A DNA stretch of 63,120 nucleotides, the filler included, from Octopus bimaculoides (lineage: Eukaryota), in NCBI RefSeq assembly GCF_001194135.2. It is 4 parts of 4 records of this genome, joined end to end, with 100 filler letters (N's around TTAATTAATTAA, not from the genome) between each part and the next. Parts side by side here need not be neighbours in the genome. Positions count along the whole stretch, not along the records: positions 30,479 to 60,765 come from NC_068999.1; 3 more parts are not named here. The stretch is one strand, 5' to 3'. The translations under genes were made by a program, and so were the position numbers. This document shows positions 37,838 to 53,200 of the stretch, piece by piece. How positions within the stretch are numbered: the stretch's first letter is position 1; every line of letters begins with the position of its first letter. The notes below the pieces were generated by a model. It worked only from the letters and a program-made list of their open reading frames with translations, made no database searches and had not been told where the DNA came from.

Positions 37838-38494
37838 GCAAGACGTCAACAGTTGGTGCCGTCCTTATACCCACAGACATATGAAAAGAAAGAATTCAAT
37901 AACAGTACACATCAATAGAATAGTTTATATACATATATATATATATATATATATANNNNNNNNNNNNNNNNNNNNNNNNNNNNNNNNNNNNNNNNNNNNN
38001 NNNNNNNNNNNNNNNNNNNNNNNNNNNNNNNNNNNNNNNNNNNNNNNNNNNNNNNNNNNNNNNNNNNNNNNNNNNNNNNNNNNNNNNNNNNNNNNNNNNN
38101 NNNNNNNNNNNNNNNNNNNNNNNNNNNNNNNNNNNNNNNNNNNNNNNNNNNNNNNNNNNNNNNNNNNNNNNNNNNNNNNNNNNNNNNNNNNNNNNNNNNN
38201 NNNNNNNNNNNNNNNNNNNNNNNNNNNNNNNNNNNNNNNNNNNNNNNNNNNNNNNNNNNNNNNNNNNNNNNNNNNNNNNNNNNNNNNNNNNNNNNNNNNN
38301 NNNNNNNNNNNNNNNNNNNNNNNNNNNNNNNNNNNNNNNNNNNNNNNNNNNNNNNNNNNNNNNNNNNNNNNNNNNNNNNNNNNNNNNNNNNNNNNNNNNN
38401 NNNNNNNNNNNNNNNNNNNNNNNNNNNNNNNNNNNNNNNNNNNNNNNNNNNNNNNNNNNNNNNNNNNNNNNNNNNNNNNNNNNNNNNNNNNNNN

Positions 38495-38531
<37 letters not shown>

Positions 38532-40233
38532 AAACACCAACATACATACATACAGACACACATACAAACATATATATGACATATGACGTATAACGTGTAA
38601 GAACGGCAAGCACGCTATATTTATACAAACAAGTGTCTTCCACCACTCGTATCACAGCTATCATGACCACCACCACCACCACCACAATCGCAGGTAACAA
38701 TATCACTAATAAGAAAAAAGAAAGTAACAAACAATCAAAAAAGTCAGTTTTGGAATGAAAAAGAAACAACATAAACATTTTTTTAAAACATTTCAGAGAG
38801 GGCGAGGATGCGCTCTGATGATGACATTAAAATGCTCCTTAGACGAGCGTAAAATACAAGACGACTTCAACGCGTTTCCTACAAAAGGAAACGAATGAGT
38901 AAGACAAGAGGGGAAAAAAAACTATAAAATAACTCTTCATTACCGATGTTCAAAATTATTGTATTCTTGTTTGTTTGTTTTTTTAAATATTTATGGTTGA
39001 TAGTTAGCAAGGTGAGACACACATAAGAAAGACGAAAGCAAAGGACCACTGATGAGGTCACAGAAGTGTGACGAAAGAACTCTGGCCGAAATAGGATTAA
39101 TGTAATATAATGTAATATAAAGCTGAAGCAAATTAACACCAAATATACAGTGCGTGTGTTTTTATTGGCTAAACTGGCAATATGACGATCCCCAAGTACA
39201 ACAACATATATATATANNNNNNNNNNNNNNNNNNNNNNNNNNNNNNNNNNNNNNNNNNNNNNNNNNNNNNNNNNNNNNNNNNNNNNNNNNNNNNNNNNNN
39301 NNNNNNNNNNNNNNNNNNNNNNNNNNNNNNNNNNNNNNNNNNNNNNNNNNNNNNNNNNNNNNNNNNNNNNNNNNNNNNNNNNNNNNNNNNNNNNNNNNNN
39401 NNNNNNNNNNNNNNNNNNNNNNNNNNNNNNNNNNNNNNNNNNNNNNNNNNNNNNNNNNNNNNNNNNNNNNNNNNNNNNNNNNNNNNNNNNNNNNNNNNNN
39501 NNNNNNNNNNNNNNNNNNNNNNNNNNNNNNNNNNNNNNNNNNNNNNNNNNNNNNNNNNNNNNNNNNNNNNNNNNNNNNNNNNNNNNNNNNNNNNNNNNNN
39601 NNNNNNNNNNNNNNNNNNNNNNNNNNNNNNNNNNNNNNNNNNNNNNNNNNNNNNNNNNNNNNNNNNNNNNNNNNNNNNNNNNNNNNNNNNNNNNNNNNNN
39701 NNNNNNNNNNNNNNNNNNNNNNNNNNNNNNNNNNNNNNNNNNNNNNNNNNNNNNNNNNNNNNNNNNNNNNNNNNNNNNNNNNNNNNNNNNNNNNNNNNNN
39801 NNNNNNNNNNNNNNNNNNNNNNNNNNNNNNNNNNNNNNNNNNNNNNNNNNNNNNNNNNNNNNNNNNNNNNNNNNNNNNNNNNNNNNNNNNNNNNNNNNNN
39901 NNNNNNNNNNNNNNNNNNNNNNNNNNNNNNNNNNNNNNNNNNNNNNNNNNNNNNNNNNNNNNNNNNNNNNNNNNNNNNNNNNNNNNNNNNNNNNNNNNNN
40001 NNNNNNNGTCTCCTGAGGGTCTGTTGATGTCTGCAAAGAAACGATGCTGACGATGGAGCGTTGCATTCAGAAAGTGTCTGTCCATTTGTGCGCAACTGTG
40101 TGTGTGTGTGTGTGTGTCTATCTAACTGTCTATCTATCCATCTATCTATCTATTTATCTGTCTATCTATCTATGATTTGTCTCTCTCTCTCCCTCCCTCT
40201 GTCTGTCTGCCTCTCTCTCTCTCTCTCTCTCTC

Positions 40234-40311
<78 letters not shown>

Positions 40312-41212
40312 CATATACACATACATATACACATACATATACACATACATATACACATACATATACACATATGTATGTGTGGGTGTACGTGGTACGTAAG
40401 CAAAAGATCGGATGCCAGACTGAATATGTGTGTCTCTATAAGACGCCACACTGAACCTGAGACATCAACTGACTGTAATGAATCTGACAACTGGTGACGC
40501 AAGGACATTATAAGAGACGTCCTGGACGCGTATGTGGAAAAGAGATGGATAGTAAACCAGACTGTGTTATGTCTGTATGTCAGAGCCAGAGTGAAGGTGT
40601 ACAAGAGAGAACGTTTATGTGTTATTATCTGACAGACAAGAGTCAGGAAAAGAGAAAGATATCGATGGTATTGCCTGAATATACTTCATATATAAAGTAT
40701 CTTTTCTATTTGGAGTTACAGTGTTACATCATCTTCATTGGAGATGACTGAAATAAAACACATGAACTCTCACAGACTCTCTCTCTCTTCCCTCTCTTTA
40801 GATATACAGATATAGATATAGACACACACACACACAAACATACATTTATATATATATATATATATNNNNNNNNNNNNNNNNNNNNNNNNNNNNNNNNNNN
40901 NNNNNNNNNNNNNNNNNNNNNNNNNNNNNNNNNNNNNNNNNNNNNNNNNNNNNNNNNNNNNNNNNNNNNNNNNNNNNNNNNNNNNNNNNNNNNNNNNNNN
41001 NNNNNNNNNNNNNNNNNNNNNNNNNNNNNNNNNNNNNNNNNNNNNNNNNNNNNNNNNNNNNNNNNNNNNNNNNNNNNNNNNNNNNNNNNNNNNNNNNNNN
41101 NNNNNNNNNNNNNNNNNNNNNNNNNNNNNNNNNNNNNNNNNNNNNNNNNTATATATATATATAACATTGACCACTAACGTGAACATATATACGTATACAT
41201 ATATATATGTGT

Positions 41213-41251
<39 letters not shown>

Positions 41252-41402
41252 TATACATACATACATGCATACATACACAGACACATGTTTATTTATGTAC
41301 GTATGCGTGTTATGTATATATATACATACATACATATATAGATAGATAGATAAATAGATAGATAGATAGATATACATATGAATATATATATATATACATA
41401 TG

Positions 41403-41457
<55 letters not shown>

Positions 41458-42199
41458 TTGTGCATACATTCACACACATACAACACACACACACACACAC
41501 ACACAAATATCTTAAGAAATACTCATCACCTCTCACATGTAGCAATTTAGGGAACTAGTTTAGGGGGCTAGATAAACACTTTGTAAACGGGTTACACTAA
41601 CCTAGTAGCCCCGTTGAACCTAGATTTATGTAATTGACATTAAAACTGTCAAGATTTTTCGTTTAGCTTTTCTTTCATTACGATAATGAATCCTTCATCC
41701 CAATCTATGATAAATAAATATATATTTACTGTACGATTGTCTCTGTACATTAACTAAACAAAACAAAAGTTAAATCGCAATTATTACACGGTAAAACATT
41801 ATTAATCTTTAGACGTACAAGAACAAAACAAATATTTAAATATACGATTTATTAAGCCGCAGGTAACAATTCAAATGAAACATGATTCACACGAACGCCA
41901 AGAAAACAGGAAACAATTAAAATCTATCAATGGTAAAAAAACACACACACATTCACACACACACAGGTATAGATATAGATATATAGACACAGAGGTAAAC
42001 ATATACTTTTACATGTGTGATAATGGCTGTAAACAATAATGGGATAGTAGAGTAAAAAGACATTCCTAAGCATATTTTGCAATAACACATTAACAGAAAG
42101 CAATCGTGATAATTTTTCTTTTGTTCTATCCATTTCAATTTAGGTAGAATTTACAAATTTACAAATACAATTTGTTTCCAAATATATACATATAATACA

Positions 42200-42234
<35 letters not shown>

Positions 42235-42399
42235 CTGTGTGTGTGGCTGTTTGTGTGGCTGTGTGTGTAAGAGTGGGAGCAGACAGACAGACAGACGAAC
42301 AGGAAATGGAATTTACGAAACACTTTATTGAGAACCACTACGATCGTTTCTGTTGTTGACATCAAGTAGCCGAATACTGTGGGCGGGCTTTAAGCAGCA

Positions 42400-43045
42400 T
42401 ACTGCAAGGAGAATAGAATCCACACGTGACGCATGAGCAGCCTCTGCATCTCGAAAGAAGCTGGATTATTGATAGCAATTTCGAGAAAGCTTACTGCAGG
42501 ACCGATATTTTTTTGAAGACCCCCATCAACACCGAGAGATGTTGCTCCAATATTGTCTCTCCATTTGTAGGCCAACTCACTGAAAGTGAAAGTAATAAGG
42601 CATACTTTCAGCAAGATGGAGCTACAGCACATACTTCGCGCATCACCATGGTGCTACTTCAAGAGTTTTTCGGTGGACGGATTATTCCGAAGGGATTTTG
42701 GCCACCAAAATCACCTGAGTTAACACCACCAGGCTTTTTTTTTTCTGGGGAGCAAGTAAGGGATCAATGTACAAGAATCGCCCGAAAACCATTAATGAGC
42801 TAAAAGACGCAGTCATAACCTTTACACGGTTCATACTGCGTCAGACTCTCCAAGATGTATTTTTGAAGCGTGTAGAAGAGTCAACCTATGTTTTAAAAAT
42901 GAAGGACGACACTTTCAGCGCTTCTTAAAAAGTTTTTTAAAGTCTTCTAAAGTCTAATATATTCGTTTGTAGTCTTATACCATCTTATAAATATTTATTT
43001 TGCAATAAAATACTTACTGCGGAAAGACTTTTTGAACATCCTGTG
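42400..43045 (+). mobile_element. Tc1/mariner transposon remnant: transposase C-terminal half and right TIR
   Basis: AYFQQDGATAHTSRITMVLLQEFFGGRIIPKGFWPPKSPELTPPGFF (QQDGA..H / WP..SPDL.P motifs), then RPKTINELKDAV and NEGRHFQRFL*. TIR-like ttttgaacatcctgtg at ~43030-43045. Confidence 0.85.
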
Positions 43046-43979
43046 TTATTATACAAATGTTGAATACGTAAATATACACATACACACAAATATCCAACAA
43101 AAATCGAAAAACACATACACACACACAGGCACACACGCACATACACGCACAGATCTATATATAAAATATAAGTATTCGTCTGATTCTGTGTGAGAGTGTC
43201 TGTGTGTACGTGTGTACATGTGTACAGCTGCCTTTGTGTGTATATATATATGTGTGTGCGTGTGTGTGTGTGTGTGCATGCGTGAAAGACTGTAGACAAG
43301 ACTTTCAATTTGAAATTGCTTGTATAACAACAATTTCTTCAACGGATTTACAGCAAATGTCAACGTAATGTCTGCTTTCGGCAAGATTTCTTCTCAACAA
43401 ACAATCTGATTATTTCTGGACGATTTTAATTGTAACAATAAACGGGAAAAAAAAAATTACTTTCCACATAAAACATTATACTCGCCGAAAACATCTCATA
43501 TATACTCCACAAAGAGACACATTTCTGCGCGCATATATGAACATATAAAAGTACATACATACATACATACATACATACATACATCTATAAATATATATAT
43601 ACATACATGCATATACACACACATACATACGTANNNNNNNNNNNNNNNNNNNNNNNNNNNNNNNNNNNNNNNNNNNNNNNNNNNNNNNNNNNNNNNNNNN
43701 NNNNNNNNNNNNNNNNNNNNNNNNNNNNNNNNNNNNNNNNNNNNNNNNNNNNNNNNNNNNNNNNNNNNNNNNNNNNNNNNNNNNNNNNNNNNNNNNNNNN
43801 NNNNNNNNNNNNNNNNNNNNNNNNNNNNNNNNNNNNNNNNNNNNNNNNNNNNNNNNNNNNNNNNNNNNNNNNNNNNNNNNNNNNNNNNNNNNNNNNNNNN
43901 NNNNNNNNNNNNNNNNNNNNNNNNNNNNNNNNNNNNNNNNNNNNNNNNNNNNNNNNNNNNNNNNNNNNNNNNNNNNNNN

Positions 43980-44016
<37 letters not shown>

Positions 44017-44600
44017 CAAACAAGCCACCCTTATCATTCATTATTTACACCGTTACCATTCATGAAATCAGAGTATGATTTTTACAGTGTTCTTAGAAGC
44101 TGACAAGGCAAGTTGAGGTTAACCGTAGACGCCTGTGAGAATCACTGACGAGCGTTAATGGAAACGCCAATTCACTGGTGATCTGGCTTTGCCCAGCGAA
44201 TAAGAAACTTGCCTCCCTTGTCAGTAAATATAACGGTGCGCTATTGTGGTTATGAGTTGTTTTTGACTCTTATTTCTAGCAAAAATGGGACTGAATAACG
44301 ACCTCAGTCGCTTTAGTGACGTATATATTTTTGCCTTTCGGTTGAAAAGTTGGTAACATGCTACCCTTATTATTTAAACACACGCACAAAGAAACACACA
44401 CACACACAAGTACATTGGTGTACATGTTTATAAATCTACGTATAAAGTTACGTATGTATATAAACACACACATACAAAGATGTGTGTTCTTTTATGTATG
44501 CATATATATGTATAAGTATGTATAAGTATCTATCTATCTACCGATCGATCGATCGATCTATTTATATATCTATTTCTCTTTCTTTCTGTCTGACTGTCTC

Positions 44601-44649
<49 letters not shown>

Positions 44650-44835
44650 NNNNNNNNNNNNNNNNNNNNNNNNNNNNNNNNNNNNNNNNNNNNNNNNNNN
44701 NNNNNNNNNNNNNNNNNNNNNNNNNNNNNNNNNNNNNNNNNNNNNNNNNNNNNNNNNNNNNNNNATATACATGCATACATATATATATATCAAATATATT
44801 GTTATATTATACAAAATATATATGCATATATGTAT

Positions 44836-44877
<42 letters not shown>

Positions 44878-45814
44878 TTGTACATAGGTCTGTATGTTTA
44901 CATGTATGTATACATTAGCGGGAACAATGTGTGTTTCTATAATTATGCAGGCGCATAAAGTTCTAATTAGAATGGTCTCTAATGAACAATCCATGATCAA
45001 AATAATTATATACGGATCATTACCCTGGGACTACATCATTAGTTCTAACCAATACATTTGAGCGGGGATGTTTGAGCTGCACGTGCGCGCGTGTGCTCGT
45101 GTGTGCATGTGGGTATGCGTGTATGTATGGAGCTGCGTAAACGTGTAATCCGGTGTAAGCATTCGTCAAATGTGTCGTACGTGCTTCGTGAAGCGTGTGT
45201 GAACGCGTGAATGTGTGTGCGTTTGTGTGCCTCTGTGTGTGCGTGTGTGCGTGCGCGAGTATATGTGTGAGTGAGTTTGTAAGTATTCCTGTGTGATGTG
45301 TGCGCATGCTTAGAATAATGTGTTTGTACCTTTGTATATGCGTTTCTGTCTTTGTGTGTACAAGTGTTTGATGGCGAGCGTTTTAAAAGAGAACGTTTGG
45401 CGTGATCTCTGCGATACGTTCCTACTCAAAGGAATTTGGAATTCCAATATTGTACCCTACCAAAGATATTCATTCAACATCCAGGCGTGGGCTGGGAAAT
45501 CTTATTAATTAGTGAGTCCATAGATTTTATTAGTATTAGTACAACATCGCATCATAAACAATTATGAAGCTGCATTATAAATTGCTTAAATTGCAAAATG
45601 TGTCCACCACCCGGCTAGAAAGTCTAGTATACTGCATAAATAGACATGTTTAGTCAATGCGGGTATATTGTCGTACATAGAGAGTAGCTTAAATGACTAC
45701 GGGATGTGTATCGCTAAGGCGTATGGGCTGAAAAAAGTTTTATTATGTTAAGTCTAATGTTTAGGCAATATTTTGTAACTTATATGGTTTATTGGTCAAG
45801 TTGCAATACTTCAT

Positions 45815-46025
45815 AAGCCAAGAAGAGGTGTAAGCTTCAGAAAAGCAGTTCTTTGCTTCGAAGGAGAAGAATCGGTACCAATGTGGAATCAAAGAGCTGG
45901 CAGGAAGACGGCTGCAGACACTGCAATGCGGTGGTCTCCATTTTCAATGCTAGGTTGATTTTGTAGTAACTTGACGAATATAAACAATTTACCAAAATAT
46001 TGCAAACCTTCTCACTCAGCACAAT
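45815..46025 (+). mobile_element. mariner transposase C-terminal relic
   Basis: QEEV*ASEKQFFASKEKNRYQCGIKELAGRRLQTLQCGGLHF resembles mariner FF.SK...FY..GI..L..RW.......G.YF. Confidence 0.55.
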
Positions 46026-47202
46026 ATCATGCTAACGCTTATTGTTATCGGTGCATCTGCAGACACCCTCTAGGCCCCCATCCGATATACTTATCATAGC
46101 CAGGTCAACCCTTCTCTCACATAGCCATGGTACTTTCTTTTATCGCCCACGAAAGGATACAGCGCAAATTGGGCCTTAATGGAAATTTAACTTAGAATAT
46201 AATAGAGCGGAAGTAATATAGCTAAGCATTTATTTTCGAGGCGTTAATGATTCTTAGGAATGAGTACAATATCATACCTTGACTATATCAGTGTTGTGGT
46301 GGCGGTGGGTGAAACCACAGATGATATCGGTGGGATTTAGCACCAAGGCAATAGTTATCCAGAAGATATGTGAGTATATGTATGTGTGTGTGCATGCGTG
46401 TATATGTGTGTGCGTACGCGCATATATACACACTCATGTGGCGCCCTCTTTCTATGGCCGTTAATACAAGGGTGGTAACTATGTTCTCACAACAAGAGGC
46501 AGGTATAGAAATTTGAATTTCAAATTAAGGAAAACGAGGAAGGACATCCTGAGCGTTCACAGAGAGTTAATTTTGATTTCTCTATTACGAAGTTCTTAGA
46601 ATTTCTAGTAAGTGGTAACCAGGTATAGAGCAATTTCATTCTTTTTGGAAATTATCATCATGACACAGGCGCTGACGTATTAATTTGAAATATTTGGAAA
46701 TGAGACATTTCACTGTCCTTCAAATCATGCGATCATGACTTATCCCTAAAATAACAGAATACTTGTAGGAGATTTGATTTCGATCATAGATGTGGTGGAT
46801 GTGAATTGAACTCGGGTTAAACAGCAACAGTAATAAATACAAAGACGGTTCCAAATTTTGGCACAAGTCCAGCAGTTTTAGAAGAAAGAGCAAATCCATT
46901 ATATTGCTCCCCAAGTGCTCAGATGGTAAGTATTTTATTGAATCCGAAGCAGAGTTCCAATAGATTACAATCTTGAAACGTATGTAGAAACAAATGACAT
47001 AAGCGTGTGTTTATCCTAATTCCTCCCACATTTGCTTTGTATATCATAACCAGGAATTCTACTAAGTACAGTAGTATCTTAGTATCTTAGCCAAGCAGAC
47101 TGAGCAATGAAGATGATGATGATGATGATGAGGATGAAGATGGCGATGAAGATTGAAGCTCAACAATAGCTGTCGCACATCTATTTGTACACACAAAACA
47201 TA

Positions 47203-47243
<41 letters not shown>

Positions 47244-47268
47244 CTTCCATACATACATACATATATAT

Positions 47269-47329
<61 letters not shown>

Positions 47330-47504
47330 NNNNNNNNNNNNNNNNNNNNNNNNNNNNNNNNNNNNNNNNNNNNNNNNNNNNNNNNNNNNNNNNNNNNNNN
47401 NNNNNNNNNNNNNNNNNNNNNNNNNNNNNNNNNNNNNNNNNNNNNNNNNNNNNNNNNNNNNNNNNNNNNNNNNNNNNNNNNNNNNNNNNNNNNNNNNNNN
47501 NNNN

Positions 47505-47589
<85 letters not shown>

Positions 47590-47666
47590 GATATTTAGAT
47601 AGATAGGTTGATAGATAGATGGATAGATATATGTATGTACATATCTTTATACGTAACTGTATATGC

Positions 47667-47728
<62 letters not shown>

Positions 47729-47823
47729 TGTGATGTATATATGTATGTATATAAATATATGTGTGTGTGTGTGTGTTAGTAGTAATGTTTCTTTTTCACT
47801 GGACTGCTCTCTCTTCTCCCTAG

Positions 47824-47942
47824 AAATGTGTGTCAACAAAACCACACATTTATAGCAAAAGATCACAACAATGCAGAAATCGATATTTGGAAGATAATTT
47901 ATTGGGGGCGAAGACATTTGAATTTCTACGATTCAATGCATT

Positions 47943-47984
<42 letters not shown>

Positions 47985-48147
47985 TTCACAACTGTCGTCG
48001 TCATTATCATCGTAATTGTCGTCGTCGTCGTTATCATAATCATCTTCAACATCATCAACGTTGTCATCACAATGCTCCTGCTCCCCCCTACTCCTGCTTT
48101 TCCTACTCCACATCATCATCATCATCATCATCATTATCATCAATAAT

Positions 48148-48181
<34 letters not shown>

Positions 48182-48595
48182 CCATCATCGTCGTCATCAT
48201 CGTCATCGTCATCATCATCATGATAATCAACATGATCATCATCTTCACCATCATCTCGTCATCATCATCATCAATATCATCATCATTATCATCATCATCA
48301 TCATCATCATCACCATCGTCGCCGTTATCGTCATCATCATCATCACCATCATCATCATCGTCGTCGTCATCATCACCATCATCATCACCATCATCATCAT
48401 CGTCGTCGTCGTCGTCGTTGTCATCATCATCATCATCATCCTCCTGATCCCTTTGTCCAACTCCACTCAAATATGTGGCAGCAAAACCAGACATTTGGAG
48501 AAAAGTGCACACAACTGAGAAATCAATATTTCCAACATGATTTATAGGGGCGAGAGACCTTTCAATTTCCAAGATCCATTCCATCATCGTCATCG

Positions 48596-48626
<31 letters not shown>

Positions 48627-48782
48627 GACCATCATCATCATCGTCATCATTATCATCATCTTCATCGTCATCATCGTCGTCGTCGTCGTCATCAACATCA
48701 TCACCATTATCCTCGTCATCATTACCATTGCTGTTTTCTTCTTCGTCGTCGAAGCCATCATCACTGTCATCATCATCATAAT
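47824..48782 (+). repeat. Two diverged copies of a ~118-bp unique unit, each followed by a long (ATC/GTC)n tract
   Basis: 47824-47941 aligns with 48469-48585 (about 70-75% identity by eye). Tracts at 47942-48440 and 48583-48782. Confidence 0.8.
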
Positions 48783-49339
48783 CACAGAGTTCAAACCGAG
48801 CAGGTATATTTCTCGCTTTTCTGATCTGTTTCCTTTCTTTTTTTCTTTCTAATTTGTTTTAATTTATCAGAGATCAAATCTACCTTCAGTCAACTTACAC
48901 TTCTTGCTCTCATAAATGTCCCAAACAAAGTGGTTTAGAGTAACACGATAAGGCAAACACACAGTTATCTCCCCATCGGCTTCGATTCAATCACTCGACT
49001 ACAGCTATGCGGAGAAGCGCTTGTCGAACAAATCAACCAGCCATTTTTCTTTCCTTCTATTTAAGTTTGGTAGCTTAATAGATCTGTGACTCTTTAAACA
49101 AGACTCTTTAACCGCGAGTCTTTAATTGATTCGCTTTGTCCTTTCGACAAGCTCAAATCGCATCCTTATTTAAGAGCAGGATGTGATTCAAGCGAGGTTT
49201 GGCCAGGATTTTTTAGAGTTTTATTTCTTCTTTTCTCTTGCAAGTTGAATGACCACGTAGAGCCTGCACCGTTCGTTTACTTTCTTTCATATTTAGTTTT
49301 TATTGGTTTGATTACAAGTCGAACGATGCAGAAGCCATA

Positions 49340-49620
49340 CGTCTGGTTTTCTGCCGATTACGACGACCAGGGTCCCAGTTGACCCGATCAACTTAACATC
49401 CTGCTCGCGAAATTAAAGTGGCTGAGCACTCCACCGACATTCGTACTCAGAGAGATTCAGCGTGACACAGAATGGGCCAAGGCTGGTCCCAGCAATTCAA
49501 AGGGACTGGAGCAAGGTGAAACAAAGTGTTTTGCTCAAGGACACAACGTGCAGCGAGGAATCGAACTAATTACCTTAATATCGTGCGCCGAATGCCCTAA
49601 CCATTAAGCCACGCGCCTCA
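49340..49620 (-). mobile_element. tRNA/CORE SINE, internally deleted
   Basis: ccgattacgacgaccaggg...gcgaaattaa...gttttgctcaaggacacaac...aaccattaagccacgcgcct. Confidence 0.75.
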
Positions 49621-49976
49621 TGATAACCACTTAATGTAAATTTGAAAATCTTCTAGTATTTAAATTTCGAAATTTATCAATGTAGACTGAGATTAGCGTT
49701 GAAGATATAAAGGTATTTTTTACATCGTTCTCCCGTAATAAATGTAGCGATAAATATGATATTTTGTTTAAAACTATTATTAATTCGAAATATGCGTGTT
49801 ATTGGGTTATTAGANNNNNNNNNNNNNNNNNNNNNNNNNNNNNNNNNNNNNNNNNNNNNNNNNNNNNNNNNNNNNNNNNNNNNNNNNNNNNNNNNNNNNN
49901 NNNNNNNNNNNNNNNNNNNNNNNNNNNNNNNNNNNNNNNNNNNNNNNNNNNNNNNNNNNNNNNNNNNNNNNNNNNN

Positions 49977-50021
<45 letters not shown>

Positions 50022-50782
50022 ATACGCACATACATATACACGTGTCTATATACGTATACACATATATTCATACATATGTATATACATATATATTATATAT
50101 GTATATACACGTATATATACGTGTGTATGTATGTATCCATGTATCTATCAATTTATCTCTCTATATATGTATGTGTGTGTATAATCGGGGATTATTATAT
50201 AGTATTCATTAAAATTCCAAACGTAAAAGAAACACTACACTCGTAGACTCTGTGGACTCGCCGCTGCGATGGAATCTAGCAATTCCTGCAGGATTCCAAA
50301 ATATATAAATCACAATTAATTGCACCTGTTATCTCAAAAATTCATTGGAGCTAATATTTTTTTTCTTAAAACTAATTTTTTTGGTAAAGATGCGGAAAGA
50401 GAGTTCACTTCTGGCAAACATACAGGTTACTGGATCTCTAGAGTGTGTATGATGCATTGGAAAGGGCTCGGCCTTCCTCCTTCTTTTGACAGTCACGTGG
50501 GAATAGCGGCGAGCTTCCTCCTACAATATAGAGAAGAGAACGTCACCTACGTTGATAGCGAGCCTCCTTAGTTGTGGAGAGGTCAGCAGTTCGAGTTTTT
50601 TTGTACACACGCATGTACACGTACGCACACATCCAACACACACAAATGTGCATGTATTTATGTATTCATGTATGTATGTATGTATGTATGTATGTATGTA
50701 TGTATGTATGTATGTATATATGTGTATANNNNNNNNNNAGTAGATGTCCTATTATAGGCATCTCTGCATTTTAAATTAAATT

Positions 50783-50827
<45 letters not shown>

Positions 50828-51399
50828 CGGGAAGGTGGAAAAGCAACAGCAACGTCAATCTCGACAGCATTCGAACTGAAAACACAACGAAACGTAAATA
50901 AGGAAGGCAAGGCATTTTTGGGACGGCTCTACCGATTGTTATCTAATACTTTCATAGACAATACATTATAGCACGTTCATCTATCTGTCAAGCCAAAATA
51001 ATATGCTATATGAGACAATTTACATTAACACCAAACCAAAAGAAATCGATGCCGCTTACGTAATTTGTGTTACGTCATCTTTTTCCTGCACTGTCTGTCT
51101 CAAAAGCAGTAAAATTTCCTTAGCTGCAAGACATTCCTTTATGCCAAACAGCGAAATTTCCAGATAGTAATGCAATTAGATTCCAATTATTTCTATTTAT
51201 CTGCAATGGCATTCCTGCCAGGAAAAATATTTGCTTCTTCCGTGAATAAATTCGTTCTATTTTTATTTGATGAATATTTAAAAAAAATAAATAATAATAA
51301 AAAATAAATAAATAACGACAGAAAAAAGGAAAAATAGGAAACGAAGAAACTAATGTGACTACATTCTAATATTACTACAACCATTATCATTATTATAAA

Positions 51400-51695
<296 letters not shown>

Positions 51696-51999
51696 AAGCA
51701 ACCGGCATTTTAAGAGTTACTACAATTCCACATCTACTAATGGTAAATATTTTTATTACAGCCGCACGTAAGGTGATCATGTTTTCCAACATAGAGAAAA
51801 TCATAAACGAAGGCAGTTGACGCCTCTCGCTGATAGCATCTTATTTCTATGGCAACAGAAATATTCTCTGTTTTTATCACTCCATGAGGTCTAACTGCAG
51901 TTAAAATAAGGCATGGGCAAGAATTTAAAAGGCGACAGTGTTCAGAATTTCAAAAATGATAATGCGATAATCAAAATTTCCTCCATGCGACGATGTTAA

Positions 52000-52405
52000 T
52001 AATATTAATAATCCCTTCTGTTATAGGCAACAAGGTCTGGAATTCGTGGAGAATGGGGATAGTCGATCATATCGACCCCAGTATTTGACTGGTATTTAAG
52101 TTATCAAACCTGGAAGGATGCAAAACAAAAGACGGACGAAATACCGTTATGCATTCTGCCAGCTCGCTGCCTTGTTAATAATGGTAATCCTTTCTGCTGG
52201 AAGCACAAGGCCTCAAATTTGAGGAAAGGAATTAAGTCGATTACATCGACCCCAGTGCGTAACTGGTACTAATTTTATCGAACCCGAAACGATGACAGGC
52301 AAGGTCGACCTCGGCAGAATTTTAACTTAGAACAAAATGGCAGACGAAATACCGTTAAGCATTTCGCTCGGTGTGCTAACGATCCTGCCAGTTCGCCGCT
52401 TTGTT
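52000..52405 (-). mobile_element. Two tandem Meta-type SINE copies
   Basis: Two iterations of aatcc(c/t)ttct...aaggcc...gtcga(t)cat(a/c)gacccca...ccagctcgc / ccagttcgcc. Confidence 0.8.
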
Positions 52406-52887
52406 AATAATGGTAATAATAACAACAACAGTAACAAAAACAACAGCAACAACAACAATAATAACAATAATATTAATTATTAGTATTATGTGTATGTATG
52501 CATGTATGTATGCATGTTTGCATGTATATATGTGTGTGTCTGTATGCATGTCTATGTATGTATGTCTGTATGTATGCATGTATGTATGTATGTATGCATG
52601 TATACATGTGTGTGTGTGCGTGTGTGCGCGTGTGTGTGTAATGATAACAGTGTCATAGCGACCCAGTAGTAACATGAACTCGTATGCACGTATACATATT
52701 TATCAAAAATTGCAGACCACGTTGATTTAGTTAATGGTGTGGGTTACATCTAAGTTTAAAAGGAAATTTTCCAAATTCCATTAAACCGAAGTCAAGATAA
52801 TTCTACAAGGAAAAAAATGGTACAAATTTGCCATTACAAAATAGCATTCTCTTGAAACTGAAACCAAATACATATTTCCTTGAAACC

Positions 52888-53026
<139 letters not shown>

Positions 53027-53027
<1 letters not shown>

Positions 53028-53200
53028 GGCGAGCTGGTAGAGCTGTTAGTACGCCGGGCAGTATGCTTAGCGGCATTTCATCCGTCTTTACGTTCTGAGT
53101 TCAAATCCCGCCAAGGTCGACTTTGCCTTTCCTTCTTTCGGGGTTGATAAATTAAGTAACAATAACGCACTGGCGTCGATGTAATCGACTAGTCCCCTCC
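53027..53200 (+). mobile_element. Meta-type SINE
   Basis: ggcgagctggtagagctgttagtacgccgggc...gagttcaaatcccgcc...gcctttccttctttcggggttgataa. Confidence 0.8.

Noticed and set aside
38790-38880. Minus-strand acceptor (tttccttttgtag) with a short terminal frame, plus another at ~40022
   Set aside because: No linked upstream exons or recognisable product, so there is insufficient support for a nested gene.
47850-48794. 314-aa Met/Asp-rich ORF and overlapping His/Ser/Ile-rich ORFs
   Set aside because: These are translations of (ATC)n tracts, and the frame is not conserved between the two duplicated unique units.
10637-50774. Long ORFs in the track containing X runs or poly-IY/HT/CV/SL/N/D/H
   Set aside because: They are produced by N gaps and di- or trinucleotide microsatellites and carry no coding signal.
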